Positions 13,608 to 22,784 of a DNA stretch of 64,000 bases are shown here, one piece after another; position 1 is the stretch's first letter; every line of letters begins with the position of its first letter. This DNA comes from Pseudomonadota bacterium. GTDB taxonomy: Bacteria; Pseudomonadota; Gammaproteobacteria; Burkholderiales; SG8-39. The notes under the pieces are model-generated. The model searched no databases. It had not been told where the DNA came from and worked only from the letters and a program-made list of their open reading frames with translations. A program made the translations under genes and the position numbers. The DNA lies in contig JAFEDL010000004.1 in assembly GCA_018241645.1 (NCBI GenBank), forward strand, positions 594 through 64,593. The letters run 5' to 3'.

Positions 13608-14162
13608 TTGCCGATCCGCAGGTACGAGGGCGACGTGCGCCTCGTTGCCACGGTCCGGGACGCCGAGGCGGCAATGGAAGACATCCGGCAGGAGCGCGCG
13701 GTCGGCTTCGATACCGAGACCCGGCCGGCATTCCGCAAGGGCGAGAGCTACCTGCCCTGCCTCGCCCAGGTGGCAACCGCGCGCGCCGTATACCTGTTCC
13801 GGCTGCAGCACCTGGACGCCTCCCGTGAACTGGGGGAACTGCTTGCCTCAAGCGCGACGGTCAAGGTAGGCGTGGCCGTGGCAGACGACCTGCGCCAGCT
13901 CAGGCAACTGTTCGAGTTCGAGGAAAAGCGGGTGATCGACCCCGGCGACATCGCTTACCGGCACGGCCTGTCGCAAACGGGGTTGCGCAACCTCGCCGGG
14001 ATATTCATGGGATTCAGGATTCCCAAGGGCAGCCGCACTTCGAACTGGGCGGCCCAGCGCCTGACCGCGCAGCAGATCGCATACGCCGCAACGGATGCGT
14101 GGGTATGCCGGGAGTTGTTCCTGCGATTTGAAAGTCTTGGGCTGCTCGCCCCGCACGGCTGA
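13608..14162 (+). CDS. DEDDy-type 3'-5' exonuclease (RNase D / WRN-exonuclease-like domain)
   Basis: C-terminal part of track ORF 13071..14162. The track's ATG is inside ssrA. Best start is TTG at 13608, 11 nt after AAGGAGGAG; GTG at 13635 is an alternative. Motifs VGFDTETRP (Exo I), VGVAVADDL (Exo II), YAATDAWVCRELF (Exo III, Y-x3-D). Confidence 0.7.
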   Translation: MPIRRYEGDVRLVATVRDAEAAMEDIRQERAVGFDTETRPAFRKGESYLPCLAQVATARAVYLFRLQHLDASRELGELLASSATVKVGVAVADDLRQLRQLFEFEEKRVIDPGDIAYRHGLSQTGLRNLAGIFMGFRIPKGSRTSNWAAQRLTAQQIAYAATDAWVCRELFLRFESLGLLAPHG

Positions 14163-14177
14163 TTCAGCCGCCGCGCG

Positions 14178-17126
14178 TCACTTTCGGCCGGAACCGCCGC
14201 CGAAGATCCCCTGCAGCAGGCCCCCAAGGCCTCCGCCGGCGTTTTCGGCCGGAGCCGCTGGCGCAGCTGGCGCCTGGTCGCGCGCTACGGGCGCCGGGCC
14301 GGAAGGACCCGCGCCCGGAATCGCGCCTTCACCGATCACCATGAACGGCGCCCAGTAGCTCGGGTGCGCGAATGCGAGCCGGTCTTCGCCGTTCATGAGC
14401 GGCAGCATCGCGCGGCGCAGCGCCTCGGCATTGCCTACACCTCGCGCCCGCTCGCGCAGTGTCCGCGTGACCAGCTTCAGCGTGGCATCCGAAGGCACCG
14501 CCCAGTGCGTGGCCATGACCGCGCGATCACCGGCGTAGAAGAAGGCCCGGGCCAGGCTGGAAACGCCCTCCGCATCGGGCGTCCCGTCGGAAGCCGCGGT
14601 ACTCGTGGCGGTCAGGATGACCAAGTCGGAATTCAGCTTCAGTTGCGCGACTTCGCTCGCGGTCAGCAGGCCGTCGTCCGTCTCGGTGGCCCGTTGCGGC
14701 GGAGAAAACACCAGCGCCGACTCGGGCAGGCCCTTGAAATCGTCGGCCATGAATCCGTGCGTTGCGAAGGCTATGACCCGGTAGTCCGAAAGGTCGTAGC
14801 GCTTGACGCTGGCCTCGCTGGCCTCCGACTGCAGGTGGATGTCCGCTTGCGGGGCATCCAGGATGTCGGCCATGGCATAGAGCGCGTAGCGGGTCTCGGG
14901 CAGCGGCGCGAAGCTCCAGACCTGGTTCACGTTTGCCAGCGCATTCCGTGAGTAGGTGCGCGAAGCGCCACCGCCGCGCACGCCGCGCTCTTCTCCGCCA
15001 AGGACCGGATCGCCGAATCCGGTGAACGCCTTGCTGGCCGGGGCCCTGCGCGTAGTGCGCAGGGTGCGCAGCACGCCTTCCGAAGGCAGCATGGTGAGCG
15101 CGTATCGCCGCCCCAGCCACGCTACCTTGGCGTGCTCTTCCGGCTCGCGAATCGGTCCGGCAAAGGGTTCCGTTACCAGCGCCGCGAACGGCAGCCCGTT
15201 CAGGGCGTCGTCGGGAACGACCATCAGGTGGGAGGCTCCCTGCAACGCAGGTTCGGCGGGCGCGAGGATTCGCCGGTACAGCTGGTTCGCCTGCGCCACC
15301 GGAAACGCGCGGAACACGGTCCGCCCGGCGTCGTCCCCCGACGGGTAATCGAGCTGCTCGCGCAGGCGCTTTATGATCGACACCAGCTCGAGGCGCCCGA
15401 TGTCGAGCTTCACCAGCGAATAGCGATCGCGGCGCACCACAATGAGGTAGCTCGCGTTTTCGTCCACCAGGTAGCTGAGCAGCGCCTCGTCCGAGCCGAG
15501 AAGCGCCTGCGCAGCGCCCAGCGCCAGCGCTTCCGGGTTGAGGAAGTCCTTGTAACCCGGGACACGCTGGGCGATGAGGAGGTCCTGCTGCGCTATTCGC
15601 CGATCGACACCGGCAAGCTCCTCGCGCAAGCGCGCTTCGTCACCGGGATTGCCCAACCCGGGGCGGCTGGCGACATCGACAATGGTCTTGTCGAGCCCGT
15701 GCCAGCGATCGAGCAGGTCTTCGCGCACGCTCGCAACGAGCGCCAGCGCCGGGTCGCTGCGCCCGAGGCGCGCAGTGATGCGCGATACGACCCCTGCATC
15801 CAGGCGATTGCGCGCAAGTTGCATGATCTCGAATGCCTGCGGCACTGCCGGCGGCGTGCTGCGCGCGGCCGTCGCGATCTGCATCGCGAGATTCGACCTG
15901 TAAAGGGCGCGCGGCGGGGGCGCCGGGACGACCGGGGCCGGGGGAGGCACCGGCTGGGCGAGTGCCGGGGCGATCGCGGCCTGGGGCTGGGTGGCCGCCG
16001 GCTTTGCCGCAGCTGCAGGAGCCGCCGGCTTCGCCGCCACCGGAGCGGCAACAGCCGCAACGGCGGCCGCAGGGGCCGGCTTCGGTGCCTGAATCGGCGC
16101 AACCACTGGAGCCGGCGCAGGTACGGGCGCCGGCTTGGGTGCCGGCGCAGCAGCCACCGGCTGGGCTGCAGGTTTTACGACTGGCGCCGCAACCGCCGGC
16201 GCAGGGGGAGCAGCAACCGGGGCTGGCGAGGTGGGTTGCGACGGCGGCTGCGCTACGGCCTGCGCGGGCGGAACAACTGGCTGGGCAGGAAGCGCGGCCT
16301 GCGCAGGTGGCGGAATCACTTCCACTGCACGGGGCTGGGCCACCGGCTGGGCGGGAGCCGCGGGCTGTGGCGCGGGCGCCTGGGCGGGTGCAGGTACGGG
16401 CACAGGGGCAGGCGCCGGCTCCGGCGCCTGCTGGCGCACGACTTCCACCGGACGAGGCTGCCGGGTCGCCACCCTGCCACGCGCGAGGTCACGATGCAGC
16501 AGGGCGAGGTAGTTGCGGCTCTGGACGGTATCCGGGTGGTCCATCCCCAGCGACTTTTCGCGGATCGCCAGGGCCCGGCTCACCAGGGGCTCGGCCTCGT
16601 TGAGGCGCCCGACGCTGCGGTAGAGCGCGGCCAGGTTGTTCAGGGCGGATGCAACACGGGGGTGCTGGGGCCCCAGAGCCTTCTCGTAGATGTTGATGAC
16701 CCGGATGAGCACCGGCTCCATCTCGCGCTGGCGGTTCTGGGTATGGAACAGCAGGGCCAGGCTTTCCAGGCTCATCGCGGTGTCCGTTGCCTCCGGGCCG
16801 CGATATTTTTCGTCGAGGGCGATGGTGCGCCGGATCAGCCTCTCTGCCTCCTCGAAGCGGCGCTGTATACGGTAGAGCTCGGCCGTCCACGCCAGGCTTG
16901 TGGCGAGGCGGGGATCGGCCTCGCCGAATCCTTCAGCCTCTTTGAGGGCCAGTTCGAACTGCCGGGTCGCCTCCTCCGGGTCGCGGCGGTTGTATGCCGC
17001 GGTCCCGGCATCGAGGTAACGCGTCCAGGTCGACTCGTCCGCGGCACAGACGGACGGTGACGCAACCAACAGAGCGGACGCCAGCACGGCCGCAAGCACA
17101 GCCCTAAGCGGCGTGGTCTTTCTCAT
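14178..17126 (-). CDS. Secreted TPR-repeat / Pro-Ala-rich linker / CHAT-domain protein (982 aa)
   Basis: Signal peptide MRKTTPLRAVLAAVLASALLVASPSVCAAD. TPR-like repeats (ALNNLAALYRSVGRLNEAEPLVSRALAIREKSLG). ~185-aa P/A/V/Q low-complexity segment. C-terminal CHAT-like core (IAFATHGF ... DLVILTATSTAAS ... SLARAFFYAGDRAVMATHWAVPSD). Confidence 0.85.
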   Translation of the reverse strand: MRKTTPLRAVLAAVLASALLVASPSVCAADESTWTRYLDAGTAAYNRRDPEEATRQFELALKEAEGFGEADPRLATSLAWTAELYRIQRRFEEAERLIRRTIALDEKYRGPEATDTAMSLESLALLFHTQNRQREMEPVLIRVINIYEKALGPQHPRVASALNNLAALYRSVGRLNEAEPLVSRALAIREKSLGMDHPDTVQSRNYLALLHRDLARGRVATRQPRPVEVVRQQAPEPAPAPVPVPAPAQAPAPQPAAPAQPVAQPRAVEVIPPPAQAALPAQPVVPPAQAVAQPPSQPTSPAPVAAPPAPAVAAPVVKPAAQPVAAAPAPKPAPVPAPAPVVAPIQAPKPAPAAAVAAVAAPVAAKPAAPAAAAKPAATQPQAAIAPALAQPVPPPAPVVPAPPPRALYRSNLAMQIATAARSTPPAVPQAFEIMQLARNRLDAGVVSRITARLGRSDPALALVASVREDLLDRWHGLDKTIVDVASRPGLGNPGDEARLREELAGVDRRIAQQDLLIAQRVPGYKDFLNPEALALGAAQALLGSDEALLSYLVDENASYLIVVRRDRYSLVKLDIGRLELVSIIKRLREQLDYPSGDDAGRTVFRAFPVAQANQLYRRILAPAEPALQGASHLMVVPDDALNGLPFAALVTEPFAGPIREPEEHAKVAWLGRRYALTMLPSEGVLRTLRTTRRAPASKAFTGFGDPVLGGEERGVRGGGASRTYSRNALANVNQVWSFAPLPETRYALYAMADILDAPQADIHLQSEASEASVKRYDLSDYRVIAFATHGFMADDFKGLPESALVFSPPQRATETDDGLLTASEVAQLKLNSDLVILTATSTAASDGTPDAEGVSSLARAFFYAGDRAVMATHWAVPSDATLKLVTRTLRERARGVGNAEALRRAMLPLMNGEDRLAFAHPSYWAPFMVIGEGAIPGAGPSGPAPVARDQAPAAPAAPAENAGGGLGGLLQGIFGGGSGRK
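15906..16463 (-). repeat. Coding low-complexity Pro/Ala/Val/Gln-rich region (residues ~222-407 of the TPR-CHAT protein)
   Basis: APEPAPAPVPVPAPAQAPAPQP...VPPPAPVVPAPPPR. Contains three PPP triplets, at ~16305-16313, 15939-15947 and 15912-15920. Confidence 0.85.
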
Positions 17127-17164
17127 GGGCGCAAAGCCTTCGCCGGACCGGGCAGGGTGCGGGC

Positions 17165-17725
17165 TCAGGCCTTGACGCGGCTCCGGTACTCGCCGGTACG
17201 CGTGTCGATCTCGATCATGTCCCCGGTGTCGCAGAACAGCGGCACGCGGATCTCGTAGCCGGTCTTCAGCTTGGCGGGCTTGAGCACCTTGCCCGAAGTA
17301 TCCCCGCGCACGGCCGGCTCGGTCGAAACGATTTCCCGCGCCAGCGTCTGCGGGATGTCCACCGAGATCGGGCGGCCCTGGTACAGCGTCACCTCGGCCG
17401 GCATGCCGTCTTCGAGGTAGTTGAGCGCCTCGCCCATGCCATCGGCGTCGACCTCGTACTGGTTGAACTCCTCGTCCATGAACACGTACGACGGCTCGGC
17501 GTAATAGGAGTACGTGACCTCCTTGCGCTCGAGCTGGACCAGTTCGAACTTCTCGTCGGCGCGATAGACCGTCTCGGTCGCGGTGCCGGAGAGCAGGTTC
17601 TTGAGTTTCATCTTGACGACGGATGCGTTGCGGCCGGATTTGCTGAATTCAGCTTTCTGGACCACCAGCGGGTCGTTGCCGACCATGATCACGTTGCCCG
17701 AACGGATTTCCTGTGCAATCTTCAT
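17165..17725 (-). CDS. efp: Elongation factor P, Arg32 (EarP-modified) type
   Basis: 186 aa from [15 protein letters not shown] (track ORF begins 6 codons earlier). Loop FSKSGRNAS places Arg at residue 32 instead of the Lys34 of EpmA-type EF-P. Confidence 0.95.
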   Translation of the reverse strand: MKIAQEIRSGNVIMVGNDPLVVQKAEFSKSGRNASVVKMKLKNLLSGTATETVYRADEKFELVQLERKEVTYSYYAEPSYVFMDEEFNQYEVDADGMGEALNYLEDGMPAEVTLYQGRPISVDIPQTLAREIVSTEPAVRGDTSGKVLKPAKLKTGYEIRVPLFCDTGDMIEIDTRTGEYRSRVKA

Positions 17726-17756
17726 TTGCGTCCCAGTTTCCACATAAGCAAACCCG

Positions 17757-18914
17757 CTATTTTAAACGTTCCTCGCAGTATTGCGCCAGATTGCCGGCAA
17801 GGTCGCCCGGCCGGGCCAGCCGGCCCGCCCAGGCCTCGGCATGCCGGCGCACCCCTGCCCCGCCCCCGAGCAGCGCCTCCCAGGCCGACCGGATCCGGCC
17901 GTCCGCCGGCCTGTCAGGTTCGTTCCAGCATTGCCAGAGCCCGCGCAAGGCTGCTCCGAGCCCGGGATCCAATCCCTCGCAATAGACCGCCAGGAACGCC
18001 TCCAGTTTCCTCAGGTGAGCCCCGTCCGGCTGGGGATAAATCTGCCAGACCAAGGGGCGCCGGGCCCACTGCGCCCGCACGAAAGAGTCCTCCCCCCGCA
18101 CGAAATTCCAGTCGCAGGCCCAGAGCAGCTCGTCATAGGCGGGCTGCGCCAGGAACGGGAGGAAGCGAGCCTCTAGGCTGCCTTTTCTTGCCGTCGCGCC
18201 CGGCCCCTGGCCGGTGACGCCAAGAAACGCTTTCACTTCCGGGGCGAGGCGGCTGTCGGTGACCGCCGCGACGACCGGGTCCGCCCCCCCGGACCAGGCC
18301 TGCAGCAATCCCTTTACCGCGGGGTTCTCGTACCCAAACAGCGACACCACCGTCGCGGCAGGACCCGGTGGGGCAAAGCCAAGGTCTCCCCAGTATTTCG
18401 CCTGTGCCGCCGGGGAGCTCTGGAAGGCGCTGCGCCTCGATTCGAGCGCCGCTTCCCGCAGTACCCCGCCCGTGCCCGGAACGACGCCGGGGAAAAAGAA
18501 GAACCGCTCGATCGGGAGGCGCGGATGCGGCGATGGCAGGCCGTGATGTCCTGCGACCCAGGGTTCCGCGCTCAGGTACTCGAGGACGATCCAGACCGGG
18601 CGCGGGCTGCGCACCGCCATCGATTCGACATAGGCCTCCGGCAGCCCGCCCCCGAACGCGTCGATGGCAATATCTGCGGGCGTGCCGAACGCGGCGTCAG
18701 GCGCCCAGTGCAGGATTTCGACGCCGTACACGACCTGCCTAGGGTGGCCCCCGCCGATTTCCGGACAGAGCCTGGCGAGCGGTGCAAGGTCGTCGATCCA
18801 GAGCCGCACCCGCCCGCCGTGTTCTGCGGCCAGCTGCTGCGCGAGGCGCCAGCACACCGCGGCATCGCCGAAGTTGTCGACCACCCTGCAGAAGACGTCC
18901 CACGATCGGGACAT
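17757..18914 (-). CDS. earP: EF-P arginine-32 rhamnosyltransferase
   Basis: 385 aa. N-terminus [26 protein letters not shown] matches the EarP family signature. Lies 31 nt upstream of the Arg32-type efp. Confidence 0.85.
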   Translation of the reverse strand: MSRSWDVFCRVVDNFGDAAVCWRLAQQLAAEHGGRVRLWIDDLAPLARLCPEIGGGHPRQVVYGVEILHWAPDAAFGTPADIAIDAFGGGLPEAYVESMAVRSPRPVWIVLEYLSAEPWVAGHHGLPSPHPRLPIERFFFFPGVVPGTGGVLREAALESRRSAFQSSPAAQAKYWGDLGFAPPGPAATVVSLFGYENPAVKGLLQAWSGGADPVVAAVTDSRLAPEVKAFLGVTGQGPGATARKGSLEARFLPFLAQPAYDELLWACDWNFVRGEDSFVRAQWARRPLVWQIYPQPDGAHLRKLEAFLAVYCEGLDPGLGAALRGLWQCWNEPDRPADGRIRSAWEALLGGGAGVRRHAEAWAGRLARPGDLAGNLAQYCEERLK

Positions 18915-18993
18915 AGGAAAGCACCTCGCTCAATCCAGGCCGCCAGTCTGCCTCCCCGGGACGGTTCCCTCAAATGGAACGTAGAATGCGCGC

Positions 18994-20190
18994 TTGCGCC
19001 TCGACGTCATCGTGATCGGCGCCGGCGCCGCCGGCATGATGTGCGCCGCCCAGGCTGCGGCCCGCGGGCGCGGCGTATTGCTCATCGAGCATGCCGCCAA
19101 GGTCGGCGAACGCATCCGGATCTCTGGCGGCGGCCGCTGCAACTTCACCAACCGCAGCGTAGGGCCGGGCAATTTCCTCTCGCAGAACCCGCATTTCTGC
19201 CGGTCGGCACTGGCCCGGTTTTCCGCGCGCGATTTCATCGCCATGGTCGAACGGCGCGGCATCCGCTACCACGAGAAGACGCTCGGCCAGCTCTTCTGCG
19301 ACGACTCGTCCGCCGAAATCATCGCCATGCTGCGCGCGGCCTGCGACGAAGCAGGGGTGCGCTGGGCACACCCCTGCGCGGTGCAATCCGTAGGGCGTGC
19401 CGGGCCCGGAGGCCCCCGGTTCGCGGTGGCGACCGACCGGGGAACGTTCCAGTGCGACTCGCTCGTCGTCGCGACCGGCGGCCTCGCCCTGCCGCAGATC
19501 GGCGCCACGCCGTTCGGCTACAAGCTGGCGGAGCAGTTCGGCCTCGGCATAGTGCCGCCCAAGCCCGCGCTGGTCCCCCTCGCGCTCGCACCGGAGGTGC
19601 TCCTGAGGCTGAAGACCCTGTCCGGACTGTCGATCGACGCGGTGACACGCTGCGTGCCGGGACAACCCGTCTTCCGGGAGGGCGTGCTGGTGACGCACCG
19701 CGGGCTCTCCGGCCCGGCGATCCTGCAGATCTCCACGTACTGGCAGGCGCAGGCCGATCCCAAGCGACCCATCCAGGTCGACCTGCTGCCGTCAACCGAA
19801 GCGCGCGCCTGGCTCGCAGGACACCGGCATTCGAAGGCGCTGCTCGCCACCCTGCTCGCCGAGCGGCTGCCCCGACGCTTCGCGCAGGAGTGGTGCGCGA
19901 TGCACGGATGGGAACGCCCGCTGAACGAAATGTCCAGCAAGGAGGTAGAGGCTGCGGGCAGCGCGCTCAAAGGCTGGACCCTTGCGCCTTCTGGCACGCT
20001 CGGATACGCAAAAGCCGAAGTGACGCTCGGCGGTATCGACACCGCCGGGCTGTCCTCGAAGACGATGGAGGCCGTCGCCGTGCCCGGCCTGTACTTCATA
20101 GGCGAAGTCGTGGACGTGACCGGCTGGCTCGGCGGCTACAACTTCCAGTGGGCCTGGTCTTCAGGCTGGGTTGCGGGCCAGTACGCCTGA
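18994..20190 (+). CDS. HI0933/YhiN-family FAD-dependent oxidoreductase
   Basis: 398 aa. DVIVIGAGAAGMMCA dinucleotide fold, ISGGGRCNFTN, and C-terminal GEVVDVTGWLGGYNFQWAWSSG typical of the family. Confidence 0.85.
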   Translation: MRLDVIVIGAGAAGMMCAAQAAARGRGVLLIEHAAKVGERIRISGGGRCNFTNRSVGPGNFLSQNPHFCRSALARFSARDFIAMVERRGIRYHEKTLGQLFCDDSSAEIIAMLRAACDEAGVRWAHPCAVQSVGRAGPGGPRFAVATDRGTFQCDSLVVATGGLALPQIGATPFGYKLAEQFGLGIVPPKPALVPLALAPEVLLRLKTLSGLSIDAVTRCVPGQPVFREGVLVTHRGLSGPAILQISTYWQAQADPKRPIQVDLLPSTEARAWLAGHRHSKALLATLLAERLPRRFAQEWCAMHGWERPLNEMSSKEVEAAGSALKGWTLAPSGTLGYAKAEVTLGGIDTAGLSSKTMEAVAVPGLYFIGEVVDVTGWLGGYNFQWAWSSGWVAGQYA

Positions 20191-20214
20191 CCGCTCCGGT
20201 ATGATCAGCCTCAC

Positions 20215-21147
20215 ATGAACAAGATGCAGCGATTCCTCGCCGCGGTGCGCGGCGATCCGGTGGATTACCCGCCCAGCGTCGCGTGGTGCAACTTCGCCAC
20301 CGACGGCGTCGACGGCGGCGAAAATGCCCGCCGCCAGCTTGCGTTCCAGGAGGCGTGCGACTGGGACATCTGCAAAGTCATGAACGACTATCGCCTCGCG
20401 CCGCCGGCGGATATCGAGACAATAGAATCTGCGGCGGACATGCTGCGCTTCGCCCGGCAGCCGATGTCGGAGCGGATCTTTGCCGAGCAGCTCGAGTGCC
20501 TGCGCATCATGCGCAAGCGCCTCGGGCCCGGGGTTCCGCTCATCGACACCCTCTTCGAGCCGTTCTTCTCGCTGCTGTTCGCGGTCGGCTTTTCCAGGGC
20601 GCCGCTCATCCGCAGCCATCCGGCCGAAGCGGCTGCGATGCTGGGCACGCTCACCGACACATTCACCGACTACGTGGCCGAGATCAGGAAGATCGGCGTG
20701 GACGGCGTCCTGTACGCGACGAACGCGTGCATCCTCCCGCCCTCCTCGCGCGGCATCAGCGACGCGGAATTCCGCGCCTTCCACCGGCCGTTCGACCTGC
20801 GGCTGCTCGACGCGATGGATGGCCTGGTCCGGATCGTGCACGCACACGGCAACCCCCTGGACCTCGGCCGCATCCTCGATTATCCGTGCGAGGTATTCAG
20901 CTGGTCCGACCGGCTGCCGGGAAACCCTTCAATTGCCACGGTGCGCAAGCTCACCGGCAAGTGCCTCATGGGCGGCGTGGACGAGTCCAGGCTGCAGGAG
21001 CGTTCCCTGCCCGAGATCCGCGCCGAAGTCGCGGATGCGATCGCGCAGGCCGGCGGCACGCGCAACTTCATCCTGTCGCCCGGCTGCAACGTCGCTTCGG
21101 GAATCGCGCTGCGCTCGCTGCTATGCATGAGGGATGCAGCGCGATGA
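20215..21147 (+). CDS. Uroporphyrinogen-decarboxylase (URO-D) superfamily protein, not HemE-like
   Basis: 310 aa. Overall URO-D/MtaA-like layout by eye (RFLAAVRGDPVDYPP... FILSPGCNV), but lacks the HemE PVWxMRQAGR N-terminal motif. The stop overlaps the next gene's ATG (ATGA). Confidence 0.65.
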   Translation: MNKMQRFLAAVRGDPVDYPPSVAWCNFATDGVDGGENARRQLAFQEACDWDICKVMNDYRLAPPADIETIESAADMLRFARQPMSERIFAEQLECLRIMRKRLGPGVPLIDTLFEPFFSLLFAVGFSRAPLIRSHPAEAAAMLGTLTDTFTDYVAEIRKIGVDGVLYATNACILPPSSRGISDAEFRAFHRPFDLRLLDAMDGLVRIVHAHGNPLDLGRILDYPCEVFSWSDRLPGNPSIATVRKLTGKCLMGGVDESRLQERSLPEIRAEVADAIAQAGGTRNFILSPGCNVASGIALRSLLCMRDAAR

Positions 21148-22784
21148 CCACTATTTATCGCGCCAAGCGCATCCTCACGATGAATCCCGCCCGGCCGCAA
21201 GCGACGCACGTTGCGGTCCGGGATGGCCGCATCCTGGGCGCGGGAAGCCTAGACGAACTCAAGGGCTGGGGCGACTACACGCTCGACGAACGCTTCGCCG
21301 GCCGGATACTGATGCCCGGCCTGGTCGAAGGCCACAGCCACACGATGGAAGGCACCTTCTGGCGCTATGCCTATGTCGGCTATTTCGACCGCACCGACCC
21401 GGATGGCCGGGTCTGGCCGGGCGTGGGCTCGATCGACGCGGTGGTGGAGCGGCTCAAGGAGGCCGGTGCCAAGCTGGCCGACGCGGAGGCCCCGATCGCG
21501 GGCTGGTCCCTCGATCCGATCTACTTCGGCGGGCGGCGCTGCACGCGGCACGACCTCGACCGAGTTTCCACCACCCGTGCCATCGGTGTGCTGCACGCCA
21601 GCGCCCACATCCTGAACGTGAACAGCAGGGCGCTCGAACTGGCCGGGCTGCTGCGTAGGGGCGTGGACCATCCCGGCGTCCCGCTCGGCGAGGACGGCCT
21701 TCCCACGGGCGAGCTCAAGGGGCCCGAAGCCATGATGCCGGCCGGTCCGCACGTGGGCTTCGACCGCGACATCCTCGCCTGCGACGAACTTGGCCTGCGC
21801 TACTTTGCCAGGCTGTGCGTCCGCAAGGGCGTGACCACCGCCGCCGACCTCGCCAGCCTGTTGCCGCCGGACGCCGTGGACATGATGCAGCGCGTAACCG
21901 GCGAGGCGGATTTCCCGGTGCGCGTGGTCTCGCTGCGGCGCATGCTGAACCTTGCCCCCAAGGACCTGATTGCCCGCGCGAAGGAACTCGCCGAGGCAAG
22001 CTCGGACCGCCTGCGGCTCGGCATAGTCAAGATCGTCGTCGATGGCTCGATCCAGGGCTTCTCGGCGCGGCTGTCCTGGCCCGGCTACTTCAACGGCGCG
22101 CCCAACGGACTGTGGTACGTCACGCCGGAGGAGCTTCGCGCAGCGCTTGCCCTGGCGCTCGAGCACGGCGTGCAGATCCACACGCACACCAACGGCGACG
22201 AAGCCACCGAACTCGTGCTCGATTGCATGGAAGAGGCGCTGGCCAGGCACCCAGCGCGCGACCACCGCTTCACGATCCAGCACGGGCAACTCGCGACTGC
22301 CGCCCAGTTCCGCCGCATGAAGGCCCTGGGCATGTGCGTGAACCTCTTCCCCAACCACCATTTCTACTGGGGCGACCAGCACTATTCGACCACGGTGGGC
22401 CCCGAGCGCGCCGAGCGCATGAATGCGTGCGCCACGGCGCTGGCGAATGGCGTGCCACTGGCGATCCACTCCGACGCACCGGTCACGCCGCTGGGACCAC
22501 TGTTCACTGCCTGGTGCGCGGTGAACCGGCTGACGGCGAGCGGCCGCACCCTCGGCAGCGAGGAAAGGATCGGCGTCGGGGACGCATTGCGCACCATCAC
22601 CCTGGGAGCCGCATATACGCTGAAACTCGACCAGGAAATCGGCTCGATCGAATGCGGCAAACGCGCCGACTTCGCCGTGCTCGAGGATGACCCGGCCGAA
22701 ATCGGGCCCGGGCGCCTCAAGGACGTGCGCGTCTGGGGTACCGTGCAGGGCGGACGCGTTTTTCCCGCACCGCCCGCCCCTTGA
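21144..22784 (+). CDS. Amidohydrolase-3 (YtcJ-like) family metal-dependent hydrolase
   Basis: 546 aa from internal ATG (MTTIYRAKRILTMNP) of track ORF 20283..22784. Motifs PGLVEGHSHT, QIHTHTNGDEA, AIHSDAPV, GSIECGKRADFAVL. Confidence 0.85.
   Translation: MTTIYRAKRILTMNPARPQATHVAVRDGRILGAGSLDELKGWGDYTLDERFAGRILMPGLVEGHSHTMEGTFWRYAYVGYFDRTDPDGRVWPGVGSIDAVVERLKEAGAKLADAEAPIAGWSLDPIYFGGRRCTRHDLDRVSTTRAIGVLHASAHILNVNSRALELAGLLRRGVDHPGVPLGEDGLPTGELKGPEAMMPAGPHVGFDRDILACDELGLRYFARLCVRKGVTTAADLASLLPPDAVDMMQRVTGEADFPVRVVSLRRMLNLAPKDLIARAKELAEASSDRLRLGIVKIVVDGSIQGFSARLSWPGYFNGAPNGLWYVTPEELRAALALALEHGVQIHTHTNGDEATELVLDCMEEALARHPARDHRFTIQHGQLATAAQFRRMKALGMCVNLFPNHHFYWGDQHYSTTVGPERAERMNACATALANGVPLAIHSDAPVTPLGPLFTAWCAVNRLTASGRTLGSEERIGVGDALRTITLGAAYTLKLDQEIGSIECGKRADFAVLEDDPAEIGPGRLKDVRVWGTVQGGRVFPAPPAP

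Noticed and set aside
15906-16463. Highly repetitive GC-rich DNA (gccggc/ggcgcc-type periodicity) that could be mistaken for a tandem-repeat or CRISPR-like array.
   Set aside because: It is in frame within the 982-aa TPR-CHAT gene and encodes a Pro/Ala linker. It has no regular repeat-spacer architecture.
13118-17164. Possible genomic island integrated at ssrA (accessory-looking genes next to tmRNA).
   Set aside because: No integrase, recombinase or transposase gene, no visible direct repeat of the ssrA 3' end, and no obvious change in base composition. This cannot be fully excluded without a repeat search.
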